64,000 nucleotides of DNA from an uncultured bacterium (GTDB lineage Bacteria > Bacteroidota > Bacteroidia > Sphingobacteriales > Sphingobacteriaceae). The DNA is taken from NCBI GenBank assembly GCA_903828245.1, contig CAIKLP010000082.1:11636-75635 (forward strand), given 5' to 3'. Each line of letters begins with the position of its first letter. The first letter of the stretch is position 1. This document shows positions 8,798 through 18,368 of this stretch, one piece after another. Under the pieces are notes generated by a model, which saw only the letters and a program-made list of their open reading frames with translations, was not told where the DNA came from and ran no database searches. A program made the translations under genes and the position numbers.

Positions 8798-11605
8798 ATG
8801 CAAGACAAGAAATTATACTTATTAGATGGAATGGCGTTGATTTATCGCGCACATTTCGCTTTGAGTAAATCGCCAAGATTTACTTCGAACGGCCTCAACA
8901 CTTCGGCTGTATTTGGCTTTGCCAATACTTTATTAGAATTATTGAGAAGAGAAAAGCCAAGTCACATTGCGGTGGTTTTTGATACGAAAGCACCAACCGA
9001 ACGCCATACCGATTTTGTTGAATACAAAGCGCACCGCGAGGCCATGCCCGAAGATTTATCGGCGGCACTTCCTTATGTATTTCAATTAATCGAAGGATTT
9101 AAAATTCCTGTTATTACAAAAGATGGATTCGAAGCCGATGATATTATTGGCACACTAGCCAAGAAAGCAGAAAAAAAAGGTTATACCGTTTATTGTATGA
9201 CACCCGATAAAGATTTTGCACAATTGGTATCCGAAAATATTTTTATTTACAAGCCCGCTAGAATGGGAAATGATGTAGAGATCATGGGAGTGCCCGAAGT
9301 GCTTAAGAAATGGGAGATTGAGCATGTGCATCAAGTCATTGATATACTAGGTTTATGGGGTGATGCAGTAGATAATATTCCAGGCATACCAGGCATTGGC
9401 GAAAAAACGGCTAAAGATTTAATTCGTCGTTATGGTTCGATGGAAAATATTTTTGCAAATGCACATGAGTTAAAAGGAAAGCAAAAAGAAAATGTCGAAA
9501 ACTTTCAAGCACAAGGTTTGCTTTCTAAAAAATTAGCCACCATTATTTTAGATGTTCCGGTTACCTTAGATGAAGACGGATTATTATTAGAAGCACCAGA
9601 CAGAAGTTTATTAGAACCTTTATTTGCAGAATTAGAATTCAAAACATTGGGTCGTCGTGTTTTTGGCGAAGATTTTAAAATAACAGAAACAGTAAAATCG
9701 AATAATACTTCCCAAATGGATTTGTTTGGGAGCCCTAGGGCAGCTGCATTTGAGCCGCAAGACGAATCTGAAGAGCTCGAGTTAATTAATTTTAAAACAA
9801 TTCAAGATACCGAGCACCTGTATCATTTAGTAGATACACCAGCAGCTAGACAAAATTTAATTTTGCAATTAAATGCGCAAAGCGCTATCTGTTTCGATAC
9901 TGAGTCTACTTCAACCGATGCAAATATGGCAGAGCTAGTAGGGCTATCTTTTTCCATTAAAAAAGGAGAGGCCTATTATATTCCTTTGTCGGCAGTTCAA
10001 AACGAAGCAATGGCAGTATTAAAAGAATTTGAATCAGTACTTGCCAATCCTGCCATTCAGAAAATAGGTCAAAACATTAAATACGATATTTTATTATTGA
10101 AGTGGTATGGTATTGAAGTGAAAGGCGTATTATTTGATACTATGTTGGCACATTATTTAATTGATGCCGATGCCAGACATGGCATGGATGTGCTAGCAGA
10201 AAATTACTTACAATATTCGCCCGTGTCTATTACAGAATTAATAGGTAAAAAGGGTAAAACCCAAGGTAGCATGAGAGATGTAGCCGTAGATGTGGTGAAA
10301 GAATACGCAGCCGAAGACGCAGATATTACTTTACAATTAAAAGAAGTGTTCGAGCCAATGTTAACTGCAACTCAGGCAAGCGATTTAGCAAGTAAGGTAG
10401 AAAATCCATTGGTATATGTTTTAGCCGACATGGAATTTGAAGGTGTGAAAATTGATAAAGAAGTATTGGCTCTATTATCAAAAGAACTAGCGGTAGATAT
10501 AGATATAGCAGAAAAAGAAATATTCGAATTGGCTGGTGTAAAATTTAATATTGCTTCGCCTAAACAATTAGGAGAAGTATTATTCGATAAATTACAACTC
10601 GACCCTAAAGCAAAAAAAACAAAAACAGGACAGTATCAAACAGGTGAAGATATTTTATCGCTGCTGGCACCTAAGCACGAAATTGTGCAGCATATTTTAA
10701 GTTTCAGAACCTTACAAAAATTAAAATCTACTTATGTTGATGCATTGCCAGAAATGATTAATCCAAAAACAGGTAGGGTTCATACCTCCTATAATCAGGC
10801 GGTTGCAGCCACTGGCAGGTTGAGTTCTAATAATCCAAACTTGCAAAATATTCCCATTAAAACAGCTCGTGGAAGAGAAGTGAGAAAAGCATTTATTGCA
10901 AAAGACGCCAACCATGTAATCATTTCTGCCGATTATTCGCAAATTGAATTAAGGGTTATTGCCGAAATGGCAAAAGAAGAAAATATGTTACAGGCTTTTG
11001 TAAATGGTTTAGATATTCATACCGCAACGGCAGCAAATATTTATAATGTGGCTGTTAATGAAGTAACGACAGAACAAAGAAGAAATGCAAAGGCAGTTAA
11101 TTTTGGAATTATTTATGGTCAATCAGCTTTTGGTTTATCGCAAAATTTAAATATTCCAAGAAAAGAAGCGGCAGAAATTATTGAGCAATATTTTATTCAA
11201 TTTCCTAAAATTAAAAATTACATGGCGCAAACAATCGATTTCGCCAGAGAAAACGGCTATGTAGAAACCATCATGAAACGCAGGCGTTACCTTAGAGATA
11301 TTAATTCAGCCAATGCAACGGTGAGAGGCTTTGCAGAACGAAATGCTATTAATGCGCCTATTCAAGGATCGGCAGCCGATATGATTAAAATGGCCATGTT
11401 AAAAATTCATGCAGCGATAAAGGCGCAAGGTTTGCAATCTAAAATGACCATGCAAGTGCATGACGAATTGGTTTTCGAAGTGCCTTTGCAAGAAGTTGAT
11501 CAAATGAAGGTTATTATTGAAACAAACATGAAAAATGCGCTACCACTAGCGGTGCCAATTTTAGTTGAAATTGGCATAGGCGAAAATTGGCTGGCCGCAC
11601 ATTGA
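8798..11605 (+). CDS. polA: DNA polymerase I
   Basis: 5'-nuclease N-domain, 3'-5' exo region (CFDTESTS), and pol motifs A (DYSQIELR), B (RRNAKAVNFGIIYG) and C (QVHDELVFE). Confidence 0.97.
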   Translation: MQDKKLYLLDGMALIYRAHFALSKSPRFTSNGLNTSAVFGFANTLLELLRREKPSHIAVVFDTKAPTERHTDFVEYKAHREAMPEDLSAALPYVFQLIEGFKIPVITKDGFEADDIIGTLAKKAEKKGYTVYCMTPDKDFAQLVSENIFIYKPARMGNDVEIMGVPEVLKKWEIEHVHQVIDILGLWGDAVDNIPGIPGIGEKTAKDLIRRYGSMENIFANAHELKGKQKENVENFQAQGLLSKKLATIILDVPVTLDEDGLLLEAPDRSLLEPLFAELEFKTLGRRVFGEDFKITETVKSNNTSQMDLFGSPRAAAFEPQDESEELELINFKTIQDTEHLYHLVDTPAARQNLILQLNAQSAICFDTESTSTDANMAELVGLSFSIKKGEAYYIPLSAVQNEAMAVLKEFESVLANPAIQKIGQNIKYDILLLKWYGIEVKGVLFDTMLAHYLIDADARHGMDVLAENYLQYSPVSITELIGKKGKTQGSMRDVAVDVVKEYAAEDADITLQLKEVFEPMLTATQASDLASKVENPLVYVLADMEFEGVKIDKEVLALLSKELAVDIDIAEKEIFELAGVKFNIASPKQLGEVLFDKLQLDPKAKKTKTGQYQTGEDILSLLAPKHEIVQHILSFRTLQKLKSTYVDALPEMINPKTGRVHTSYNQAVAATGRLSSNNPNLQNIPIKTARGREVRKAFIAKDANHVIISADYSQIELRVIAEMAKEENMLQAFVNGLDIHTATAANIYNVAVNEVTTEQRRNAKAVNFGIIYGQSAFGLSQNLNIPRKEAAEIIEQYFIQFPKIKNYMAQTIDFARENGYVETIMKRRRYLRDINSANATVRGFAERNAINAPIQGSAADMIKMAMLKIHAAIKAQGLQSKMTMQVHDELVFEVPLQEVDQMKVIIETNMKNALPLAVPILVEIGIGENWLAAH

Positions 11606-11614
11606 TAATATTTT

Positions 11615-11622
11615 TATATTTG
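11615..11622 (+). promoter_or_regulatory. -7 box TATATTTG just after polA
   Basis: Exact TAnnTTTG match 4 nt before ATG 11626. It could give a leaderless small-protein mRNA or drive the downstream TrmH-family gene. Confidence 0.3.
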
Positions 11623-11625
11623 TAT

Positions 11626-11769
11626 ATGGTTCAGGAAATATTAGTCGGATTATTGGTGCTTGCTGCGCTTGTCTATTTGGGCAGTATGATTTATCGTAAT
11701 TTTACTGCAAAAGGCAAATGCGCAGGCAATTGTAATTGTGGTATTGATCCTTTAGAAAATAAAATCTAA
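11626..11769 (+). CDS. Small Cys-rich membrane protein (FeoB-associated-type)
   Basis: ATG at 11626 gives MVQEILVGLLVLAALVYLGSMIYRNF (one TM helix) followed by GKCAGNCNCG. The stop abuts the next ATG (TAAATG). Confidence 0.5.
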   Translation: MVQEILVGLLVLAALVYLGSMIYRNFTAKGKCAGNCNCGIDPLENKI

Positions 11770-12555
11770 ATGCTGCATTCCGAACTAATTTCTAGTTTAC
11801 AAAATCCAAAGATTAAACATATTATTCGCTTAATTGAGAAATCAGCTGAACGTAAATCAGAAGGCTTAATTGTGGTAGAAGGTAAACGAGAAATAGCTTT
11901 AGCCTTAAGCGCTGGGCACGAAATAGCTTCCTTATATTATTGCGAAGAAATCGCCGGTCATATCGAACATTTTCCTGCCGATCAAATTTATCCAGTGACT
12001 AAAGAAGTTTTTGCAAAAATGGCCTATCGCGAAAATTCAGATGGCTTATTGGCCTTAATCAAACCTGTTTTTTTAGCATTGGAAGATTTAACACTGACCG
12101 AAAATCCATTGTTATTGGTGCTCGAAGCAGTAGAAAAACCAGGTAATTTAGGCGCTGTATTACGAACGGCAGATGCTGCAAAAATAGACGCCTTAATTGT
12201 TTGCGATTTAAAAACAGATTTATTCAATCCAAATGTGATTCGTTCTAGTGTGGGTTGTGTGTTTACCGTTCCAATGGTTGTGTGTAGTTCGGAAGAATTA
12301 TTTCATTGGTTACAAAAAAATAAAATCAAAGCTTATGCTGCTGCCTTAACAGCACAAGATGATTACCATCATGTTGATTTTTGTAAACCTTCAGCCATTA
12401 TTTTAGGTACAGAGGCAACTGGCTTGTCTGATTATTGGTTAGCAAATGCAAGCCAAATAAAAATACCAATGTTGGGGAAAATAGATTCTTTGAATGTCTC
12501 TAATGCCGCGGCCATCTTGACATTCGAAGCAAAAAGACAAAGAGGGTTTAAATAG
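11770..12555 (+). CDS. TrmH/SpoU-family RNA 2'-O-methyltransferase
   Basis: SpoU motifs EKPGNLGAVLRTADAA, LGTEATGLS and IPMLGKIDSLNVSNAAAI. Confidence 0.85.
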   Translation: MLHSELISSLQNPKIKHIIRLIEKSAERKSEGLIVVEGKREIALALSAGHEIASLYYCEEIAGHIEHFPADQIYPVTKEVFAKMAYRENSDGLLALIKPVFLALEDLTLTENPLLLVLEAVEKPGNLGAVLRTADAAKIDALIVCDLKTDLFNPNVIRSSVGCVFTVPMVVCSSEELFHWLQKNKIKAYAAALTAQDDYHHVDFCKPSAIILGTEATGLSDYWLANASQIKIPMLGKIDSLNVSNAAAILTFEAKRQRGFK

Positions 12556-13030
12556 TTTTTTCTAATAACACAACGGCATAAGCAACAACGCCCTCTGCTC
12601 TTCCAATAAAACCCATCTGTTCATTGGTGGTTGCTTTAATAGAAATATCTTCTTCCGAAATGCCAATTGCTGTCGCTATATTTTTTTTCATTTCCGGAAT
12701 ATGCGGATTTATTTTCGGAGCCTCTAAACAAATCATGCAATCGATATTACCCAATGCAAAGTTTTTCGCTGCAATTAATTTCATTACTTCTTGAAGTAAA
12801 AGCATGCTAGAAATACCTTTCCATTTTTCATCGGTATTCGGGAAATGAAAACCAATGTCTCTCAGGTTTGCAGCGCCTAATATGGCATCGCAAATTGCAT
12901 GTAGTAAAACATCTGCATCCGAATGTCCAAAGGCGCCTCGATCGTATGCAAGGTTAACGCCACCCATAATAAATGGATGACCCATTTTTAGCTGGTGAAC
13001 ATCAAAACCAAGTCCTATTTTAATTTTCAT
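12548..13030 (-). CDS. ispF: 2-C-methyl-D-erythritol 2,4-cyclodiphosphate synthase
   Basis: GFDVHQL, HSDADVLLHA and full-length IspF-like sequence. The ATG overlaps the porV stop by 11 nt. Confidence 0.95.
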   Translation of the reverse strand: MKIKIGLGFDVHQLKMGHPFIMGGVNLAYDRGAFGHSDADVLLHAICDAILGAANLRDIGFHFPNTDEKWKGISSMLLLQEVMKLIAAKNFALGNIDCMICLEAPKINPHIPEMKKNIATAIGISEEDISIKATTNEQMGFIGRAEGVVAYAVVLLEKTI

Positions 13031-14267
13031 TGGTTTTTATGTCTTCGAAGTTAAAGGTAAGCGAGAATCTTAAGGTGTTCTCTAATGGATTTTGTTGTTT
13101 GGTTGGAATTAAATAAGAAAGATCGATTCCAAAAATATTGTATTTAATACCTGCGCCAATGGTAAAGTATTGTCTATCACCTTTAGTTGGATGCTCGTAA
13201 AAGTAACCTGCTCTTAAGGCAAATTGTTTATCGTACCAATATTCAAAACCAGCCGAATAATATATTTCTCTGAATTCTTCTTGCATGCCACCCGGTGCAT
13301 CATTAAACGATTGCATGATGCCAGTTGGTACAGAAACATTTGGGTCTTTACCCGAAATAATTTTTCGAGTACCATCCGAATTTAATATAGGATTATTTAA
13401 AGCATCGTATGCGTAAATAGGAGGCGTGGGTACCAATAACTTATTCGCTTCTACAAAGGCAGAAATTTCGTTATAGTCATCTAATTTCATTTTTCCACCA
13501 ATTCCAATTTTTAAATTAGTAGGAATAAAAAAGCGATCGGTAGAATTTGTATAATTCATTTTAGCGCCAACATTCGAAACGCATGCGCCAAAAGTTAGGG
13601 TTGTTCTTTTACCATCAACAATTAAATCTGGATTTTGATAATAGGTAGATACATCTACCGCCACACTTCTTCCTGGCATAATGTCTTGGCCCGATGCGGC
13701 TAATTGTCCTTGCGCTAAATCGGAATTAATAAATCGAAATGCCGTTCCTAATCCTAACCTATCGGAAAGTTTTCTGGTATAAGATAAGTCGAGTGCAAAT
13801 TCATTTGGATTACCTTGCCCGGTTACATTTCCAGCGATATCGGTAAAAGTAATATCACCTAAAGAAAAGTATCTTAAAGATGCACCGAATACTTGCTTGT
13901 TGTCTAATTTATAATAGCCCGATAAATAAGCAAGGTTAATATCTGGCACTAATTTTTGTAACCATGGAGTATAAGAAATACCAATGGCATAAGGTCTATC
14001 AACAAAAGCAAACTTAGAAGGATTCCAATGATTTGAATTTACATCTGCGCTACTTGCTACACCGCCATCGCCCATGGCGCCTGCTCTAGAATCTGGGCCA
14101 ATTAATAAAAAAGGCACCGCAGTGGTAATGGCATTTACCGCATCACCATTTCCATTTAAGTTTTGCGTGCCAATTTGCGCCGAAGCACTTTGCAACATAC
14201 CGCAAAGCAAGGCAGCGAAAAAAATTGTTTTTCCAACAACAACTGAATTTTTACTTTTTAATTTCAT
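13020..14267 (-). CDS. porV: Type IX secretion outer-membrane shuttle/channel protein PorV
   Basis: Signal peptide, then AVPFLLIGPDSRAGAMGDGGVASS...NSNHWNPSKFAF...YTPWL, characteristic of PorV (LptO). It lies directly downstream of porU. Confidence 0.9.
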   Translation of the reverse strand: MKLKSKNSVVVGKTIFFAALLCGMLQSASAQIGTQNLNGNGDAVNAITTAVPFLLIGPDSRAGAMGDGGVASSADVNSNHWNPSKFAFVDRPYAIGISYTPWLQKLVPDINLAYLSGYYKLDNKQVFGASLRYFSLGDITFTDIAGNVTGQGNPNEFALDLSYTRKLSDRLGLGTAFRFINSDLAQGQLAASGQDIMPGRSVAVDVSTYYQNPDLIVDGKRTTLTFGACVSNVGAKMNYTNSTDRFFIPTNLKIGIGGKMKLDDYNEISAFVEANKLLVPTPPIYAYDALNNPILNSDGTRKIISGKDPNVSVPTGIMQSFNDAPGGMQEEFREIYYSAGFEYWYDKQFALRAGYFYEHPTKGDRQYFTIGAGIKYNIFGIDLSYLIPTKQQNPLENTLRFSLTFNFEDIKTNEN

Positions 14268-14326
14268 CTAAAATAATTTTTATGCGATTGCCACTATTTT
14301 CAAAGATAGAAAAATAAGGCAAAAGC

Positions 14327-17300
14327 TTAATTTAACAATACGAGCTTTTCTGTTTTTTCGGCACTTTGCCCATTTACTGTGCGAATTTTTAATCGGTATA
14401 CATAAACGCCTCTGCCTATTTTATCGCCAAAATCATCTTTCCCGTCCCAAAGAATGCCTGTTACTCTTGCGCCATTACCGCTTGTGTTTTGATTGATCGT
14501 TTTCACTAATTTGCCAGAAACGGTAAATATTTGTACTTGTACTTGTAAATTTTCGCTGCCACCATTGTGTTCAAACTGAAAATCTGTTTGCGTAGTAAAA
14601 GGATTAGGGTAATTCAACACATGTTGCAATTGCAAGCCTTCAGATGAAACCACTGTAAATGCAGTGTTACTTTCTGAAGAATTATTGAAAACATCCCAAG
14701 CTTTAATTTTTAAAGTATAATTTCCTGCGGCTAATTTATTGAAAGGATAATTAATTTCTCCTTCTTGATAGCTGTCTAATTTTGATTCGTAATATTGATT
14801 TAAATCGATTGTTTCCGACTTTGCATCTTTGGTAATAGTAGCGGTTAAATTATGTCCAATTCCATTCCCAACGGTGTTAATACCATTGGCGTCTTTTAAC
14901 TTCACCATTAAAGTTGGATTTTCGTTGGTGATGCCACCCATGACAAAGTTTTCGGAATTCAAATAGGTTTTAATTTCTGGTCCAATTTTATCCGAATTAC
15001 TAGTATTAGCAGAACCACCAATAATAATACTGTCAAATGATCCAATGGCTTCTTGTGCGCCCACTTGCGCATAGTAACTGAGTCTGCCAGCGCCTGCTTG
15101 ATACGAAATATCTTTTGGCACCACAAAACTAAAATCAAACGAGCCATTTGTTACGCTTACTTTACCTTTGTAAATAATATTTTTTTGAATGTCGAAATTT
15201 TGCACCTTACTACCATTCACACCTAAATCTTGTCCAAGCGTTTTCAGGGTCGTTTTTTTGTCAAAAATACTTGGGTATAAAACACCCGAAACATTGTTTA
15301 GTTTATTGCCATTTTGATCGGCAATATATCCTTTGATATTCACTAAACTCTGTGCTTTTAACGTATCTAAATTTTTAGTACTAATTAATTTTTCATTTAC
15401 TTTTTGGGTAACGATTCGGTATTGCGGAATTGCAAACGGCAAAGAAGGATCACCCAATAAAGAAAAATTTCTTTGATTAATAGTCAAGCCTAAACCGTTT
15501 AAGTTTTTGCTTTTTCTAAATAAATCACCAAGCGTATTATTACTACCAATATTCGTAGCATCAAAAAGGGCTTTGATAAAACTTTGGTTAATGGCTTCGT
15601 TTTCGTTTGCAAAAACCACACGGGTGGTGGTAAACATAGCAATGGCGCCACCTTCGGCGTTTAATAAGCATTGTTCTCCTGCCGATTGAAATGCAGGGTC
15701 GTCCCATCTGCTGACCGAACAAGTTGCGGTAAAAAGCAGTGGCATACTCGATTTGTTTTTCCAAGAACGAATATCATCTAGTGTTACAACCTTTTCGTGT
15801 GCAAGACCAACTTCTCCACCATGACCAATATAATTAATCACTAATGCGCCTGAAGCCATTGCTTGGTTAATGGCGTTGTTTACTTCTGGGTAGCGGCTTC
15901 CAGCAGGCGTACTAATTTGCGGATAGGCATCTAAATAAATTTTATCAATATTATAATTGTTGCTTAAGCTTCTAATGGTTCGGTAATGATTTTCGGCATG
16001 ATTTAAATGCAAGTTTCCATCTTGATCGTCGGCGACTAACACATATTTATTTTTCCAGTCGCCTCTTAAGCTGCTGTATAAAATTAATTTATCGACCATT
16101 TGTTTTGCTTCTAAAGCCGATTGAATAGGCATTCTGCCAACGGCTACATCTAAGGCAGCGGCACCATATACTGGATTTCCGTTGTAGTCAAAATCACCCT
16201 CGGTTTCGTCGAGCAAACCAAAAAAATCATCACTCACATAAGAGCCAAAAGGTGAGTGCGAATTCCTGCTTTCAAAAGAGCTTACAAAATTGGTATTGTT
16301 TTTTACATAACCAATATTATCGTAAGAGCCATCGCCAAATAGCAATAAATATTTTGGCATGTTTACTTCATTGGTACCAGCTCTATCGTAAAACATTTTC
16401 ACAAAATCTCTAATGGCACTTGCATCTTTAGCACCTGCACTAAATTCATTAAAAATTTTATCTTCTGTTATTACCAATACACGCAAATTATTATTCGTTC
16501 TTCTAAAGGCAGCCAAACGCTCTGCTTCAGCTAAAAAATCTGGTGCGGAAATAATAATAAGATCTGCAAAATCAAGTCCGTGTAAATCTTGGTTGTCTAT
16601 TTTTTCTAATATTTCGGGCTTTGGAAAATCTGTTCCTTTAAATACGGCATACTCTTTTAATAGCTCTGTTTTATTGATGAACTGTGCAAGGTTATTGTTT
16701 ACAGTATATAATTGATTGACTGGATTTGTTTTGTTGGTAATGTCCCAAATGGTTATTTCGCTTGGGTTAATGGCATCAATATTAAACTGACTAATTTTGC
16801 CTTTGCCAAAACTTTCAATGCTCCTAAAGTTTAAAAAATTTCCATTCAATTTTAATTTGCTGATGGCGTTAATTTGAATAAAATTTAAATATCCTGTTGC
16901 CGTTAAGTCTGGTTTGTTATAGGTAATATTGATAAGCAGGTTTTCAGATGGATTAGGAACCGTGGTGTAGCCAGTACTTACAATAGATCCATAGGAAGCA
17001 TCATAACTAAACTCTACACCGGAACAAATTAAGGTATTGGTTGTTGCGCCATTTGCTTTAATCACAAAAGAGCTATTGGCAGGATTTTGTGATCGACCAA
17101 TTAAATCTGCCCTAAATTTCACAGGTTTTCCGATAGCCAATGTTGGCAGCGTAAAATTAAAATCATAAGAAAGTAAATTACTGAATTCCTCTCCCCATCT
17201 TTCTCTACCACTTTTAATAGTTGAATTTACTCCCGTCGAATTATTTAATTCATGTAATTCGAAATAATTGTAGCTGTCTATAATTTTATTGGGCGCTTCA

Positions 17301-18193
17301 TTTAGGCTTTCTTGATTTGCAATTCTTTTACCTGGGCCAATGTCTGTCGTGATAAAATAATTACTTTTTAAAGTGTACGAATTGGTTGTATGCGAAAAAG
17401 TATTTTGAATGGTATCTGGATAAATATTATTTGGCCCAAATGCATAAAACAAAAGGTAATCTGTTTCATTAAATTTGCCATCGGCTTCTCCAAAAACTAA
17501 AATCGGATTTTCTGTTAAATCGTCGTATCGGCTCGCGCTGTTGATTTCTGGAAGTATGCCACCTCCATTTCCATATATGCGAATATTTCTAGGATCAATC
17601 GATTCTGGGTTGAGCCCCATCTTTTTTAATTCAGCAAAACCAATTTTATAAATACCATTATTAGCAATGCCTAGTTTAGTCCAGGTGCCATTTTGTAAAA
17701 TAGAATGAGCGGCATAATTTCTAGTATTTAAAATAGTTTTCTTTAACGCTGTAGTTAATAACTTTACTTCAAAAGAAACTAATCTTTCTATTTTTCCGGT
17801 TTCGGTATTTTTTCTGAAGGGTACAATGGAAACAAGTAAAGAAGGAATTTTCTTTTCAAAAATAACTGCCGCATGAATGCTTGCTGCCGCAGTTAATTGC
17901 GCAGTAATTAAGTTTTCGTATGCAATAACGGCAGGCTCGTAAATGGGATTTACTAAAACAGCATCGGTAAAATTGCCTGCAAACTTTTTATTCCAAATGG
18001 GCATGTGCTTCAGTTGCACATCAAAAATAGCCTCCTCAAATAGCTCCACTTTTTGCGACTTCGATTGGACGTCTGCGAATTCGTTGACACTCCAGTTTAG
18101 TTTATAGGAATTTAACTGCTGGGCCATGGTTAAACCCGAATGTGCAGAAAAGCCTAAAAAAAGGCAAAAAAAGAGGTATTTCTTGATTTTCAT
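14327..18193 (-). CDS. porU: Type IX secretion C-terminal-signal peptidase/sortase PorU
   Basis: 1288 aa with a signal peptide and a central gingipain-like (C25) region (LLLFGDGSYDN, INYIGHGG). It has its own type-A CTD (YPNPFTTQTDFQF...GVYVYRLKI). porU-porV synteny is present. Confidence 0.9.
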   Translation of the reverse strand: MKIKKYLFFCLFLGFSAHSGLTMAQQLNSYKLNWSVNEFADVQSKSQKVELFEEAIFDVQLKHMPIWNKKFAGNFTDAVLVNPIYEPAVIAYENLITAQLTAAASIHAAVIFEKKIPSLLVSIVPFRKNTETGKIERLVSFEVKLLTTALKKTILNTRNYAAHSILQNGTWTKLGIANNGIYKIGFAELKKMGLNPESIDPRNIRIYGNGGGILPEINSASRYDDLTENPILVFGEADGKFNETDYLLFYAFGPNNIYPDTIQNTFSHTTNSYTLKSNYFITTDIGPGKRIANQESLNEAPNKIIDSYNYFELHELNNSTGVNSTIKSGRERWGEEFSNLLSYDFNFTLPTLAIGKPVKFRADLIGRSQNPANSSFVIKANGATTNTLICSGVEFSYDASYGSIVSTGYTTVPNPSENLLINITYNKPDLTATGYLNFIQINAISKLKLNGNFLNFRSIESFGKGKISQFNIDAINPSEITIWDITNKTNPVNQLYTVNNNLAQFINKTELLKEYAVFKGTDFPKPEILEKIDNQDLHGLDFADLIIISAPDFLAEAERLAAFRRTNNNLRVLVITEDKIFNEFSAGAKDASAIRDFVKMFYDRAGTNEVNMPKYLLLFGDGSYDNIGYVKNNTNFVSSFESRNSHSPFGSYVSDDFFGLLDETEGDFDYNGNPVYGAAALDVAVGRMPIQSALEAKQMVDKLILYSSLRGDWKNKYVLVADDQDGNLHLNHAENHYRTIRSLSNNYNIDKIYLDAYPQISTPAGSRYPEVNNAINQAMASGALVINYIGHGGEVGLAHEKVVTLDDIRSWKNKSSMPLLFTATCSVSRWDDPAFQSAGEQCLLNAEGGAIAMFTTTRVVFANENEAINQSFIKALFDATNIGSNNTLGDLFRKSKNLNGLGLTINQRNFSLLGDPSLPFAIPQYRIVTQKVNEKLISTKNLDTLKAQSLVNIKGYIADQNGNKLNNVSGVLYPSIFDKKTTLKTLGQDLGVNGSKVQNFDIQKNIIYKGKVSVTNGSFDFSFVVPKDISYQAGAGRLSYYAQVGAQEAIGSFDSIIIGGSANTSNSDKIGPEIKTYLNSENFVMGGITNENPTLMVKLKDANGINTVGNGIGHNLTATITKDAKSETIDLNQYYESKLDSYQEGEINYPFNKLAAGNYTLKIKAWDVFNNSSESNTAFTVVSSEGLQLQHVLNYPNPFTTQTDFQFEHNGGSENLQVQVQIFTVSGKLVKTINQNTSGNGARVTGILWDGKDDFGDKIGRGVYVYRLKIRTVNGQSAEKTEKLVLLN

Positions 18194-18315
18194 AATTGCG
18201 ATAAGCCTAAAAATAAGGCTAATTCTTACAAAAAGCCCTAAATTTCATTAAAATTCCTGTTTAAACGGATATTAGTCTATAAAATTGCCTATTTTTATTC
18301 AATAAATATTTTATC

Positions 18316-18323
18316 TATATTTG
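18316..18323 (+). promoter_or_regulatory. -7 box TATATTTG upstream of the PorP/SprF-family gene
   Basis: Exact TAnnTTTG match 46 nt before ATG 18369. Confidence 0.4.
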
Positions 18324-18333
18324 ATGTTCTGAC

Positions 18334-18354
18334 TTAGAATAGCAGATATTCTAA
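18334..18354 (+). promoter_or_regulatory. 8-bp inverted repeat TTAGAATA-GCAGA-TATTCTAA in the PorP/SprF-family gene leader
   Basis: Read directly. It lies between the -7 box (18316-18323) and ATG 18369. Confidence 0.4.
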
Positions 18355-18368
18355 AATTGTTTTTACCT

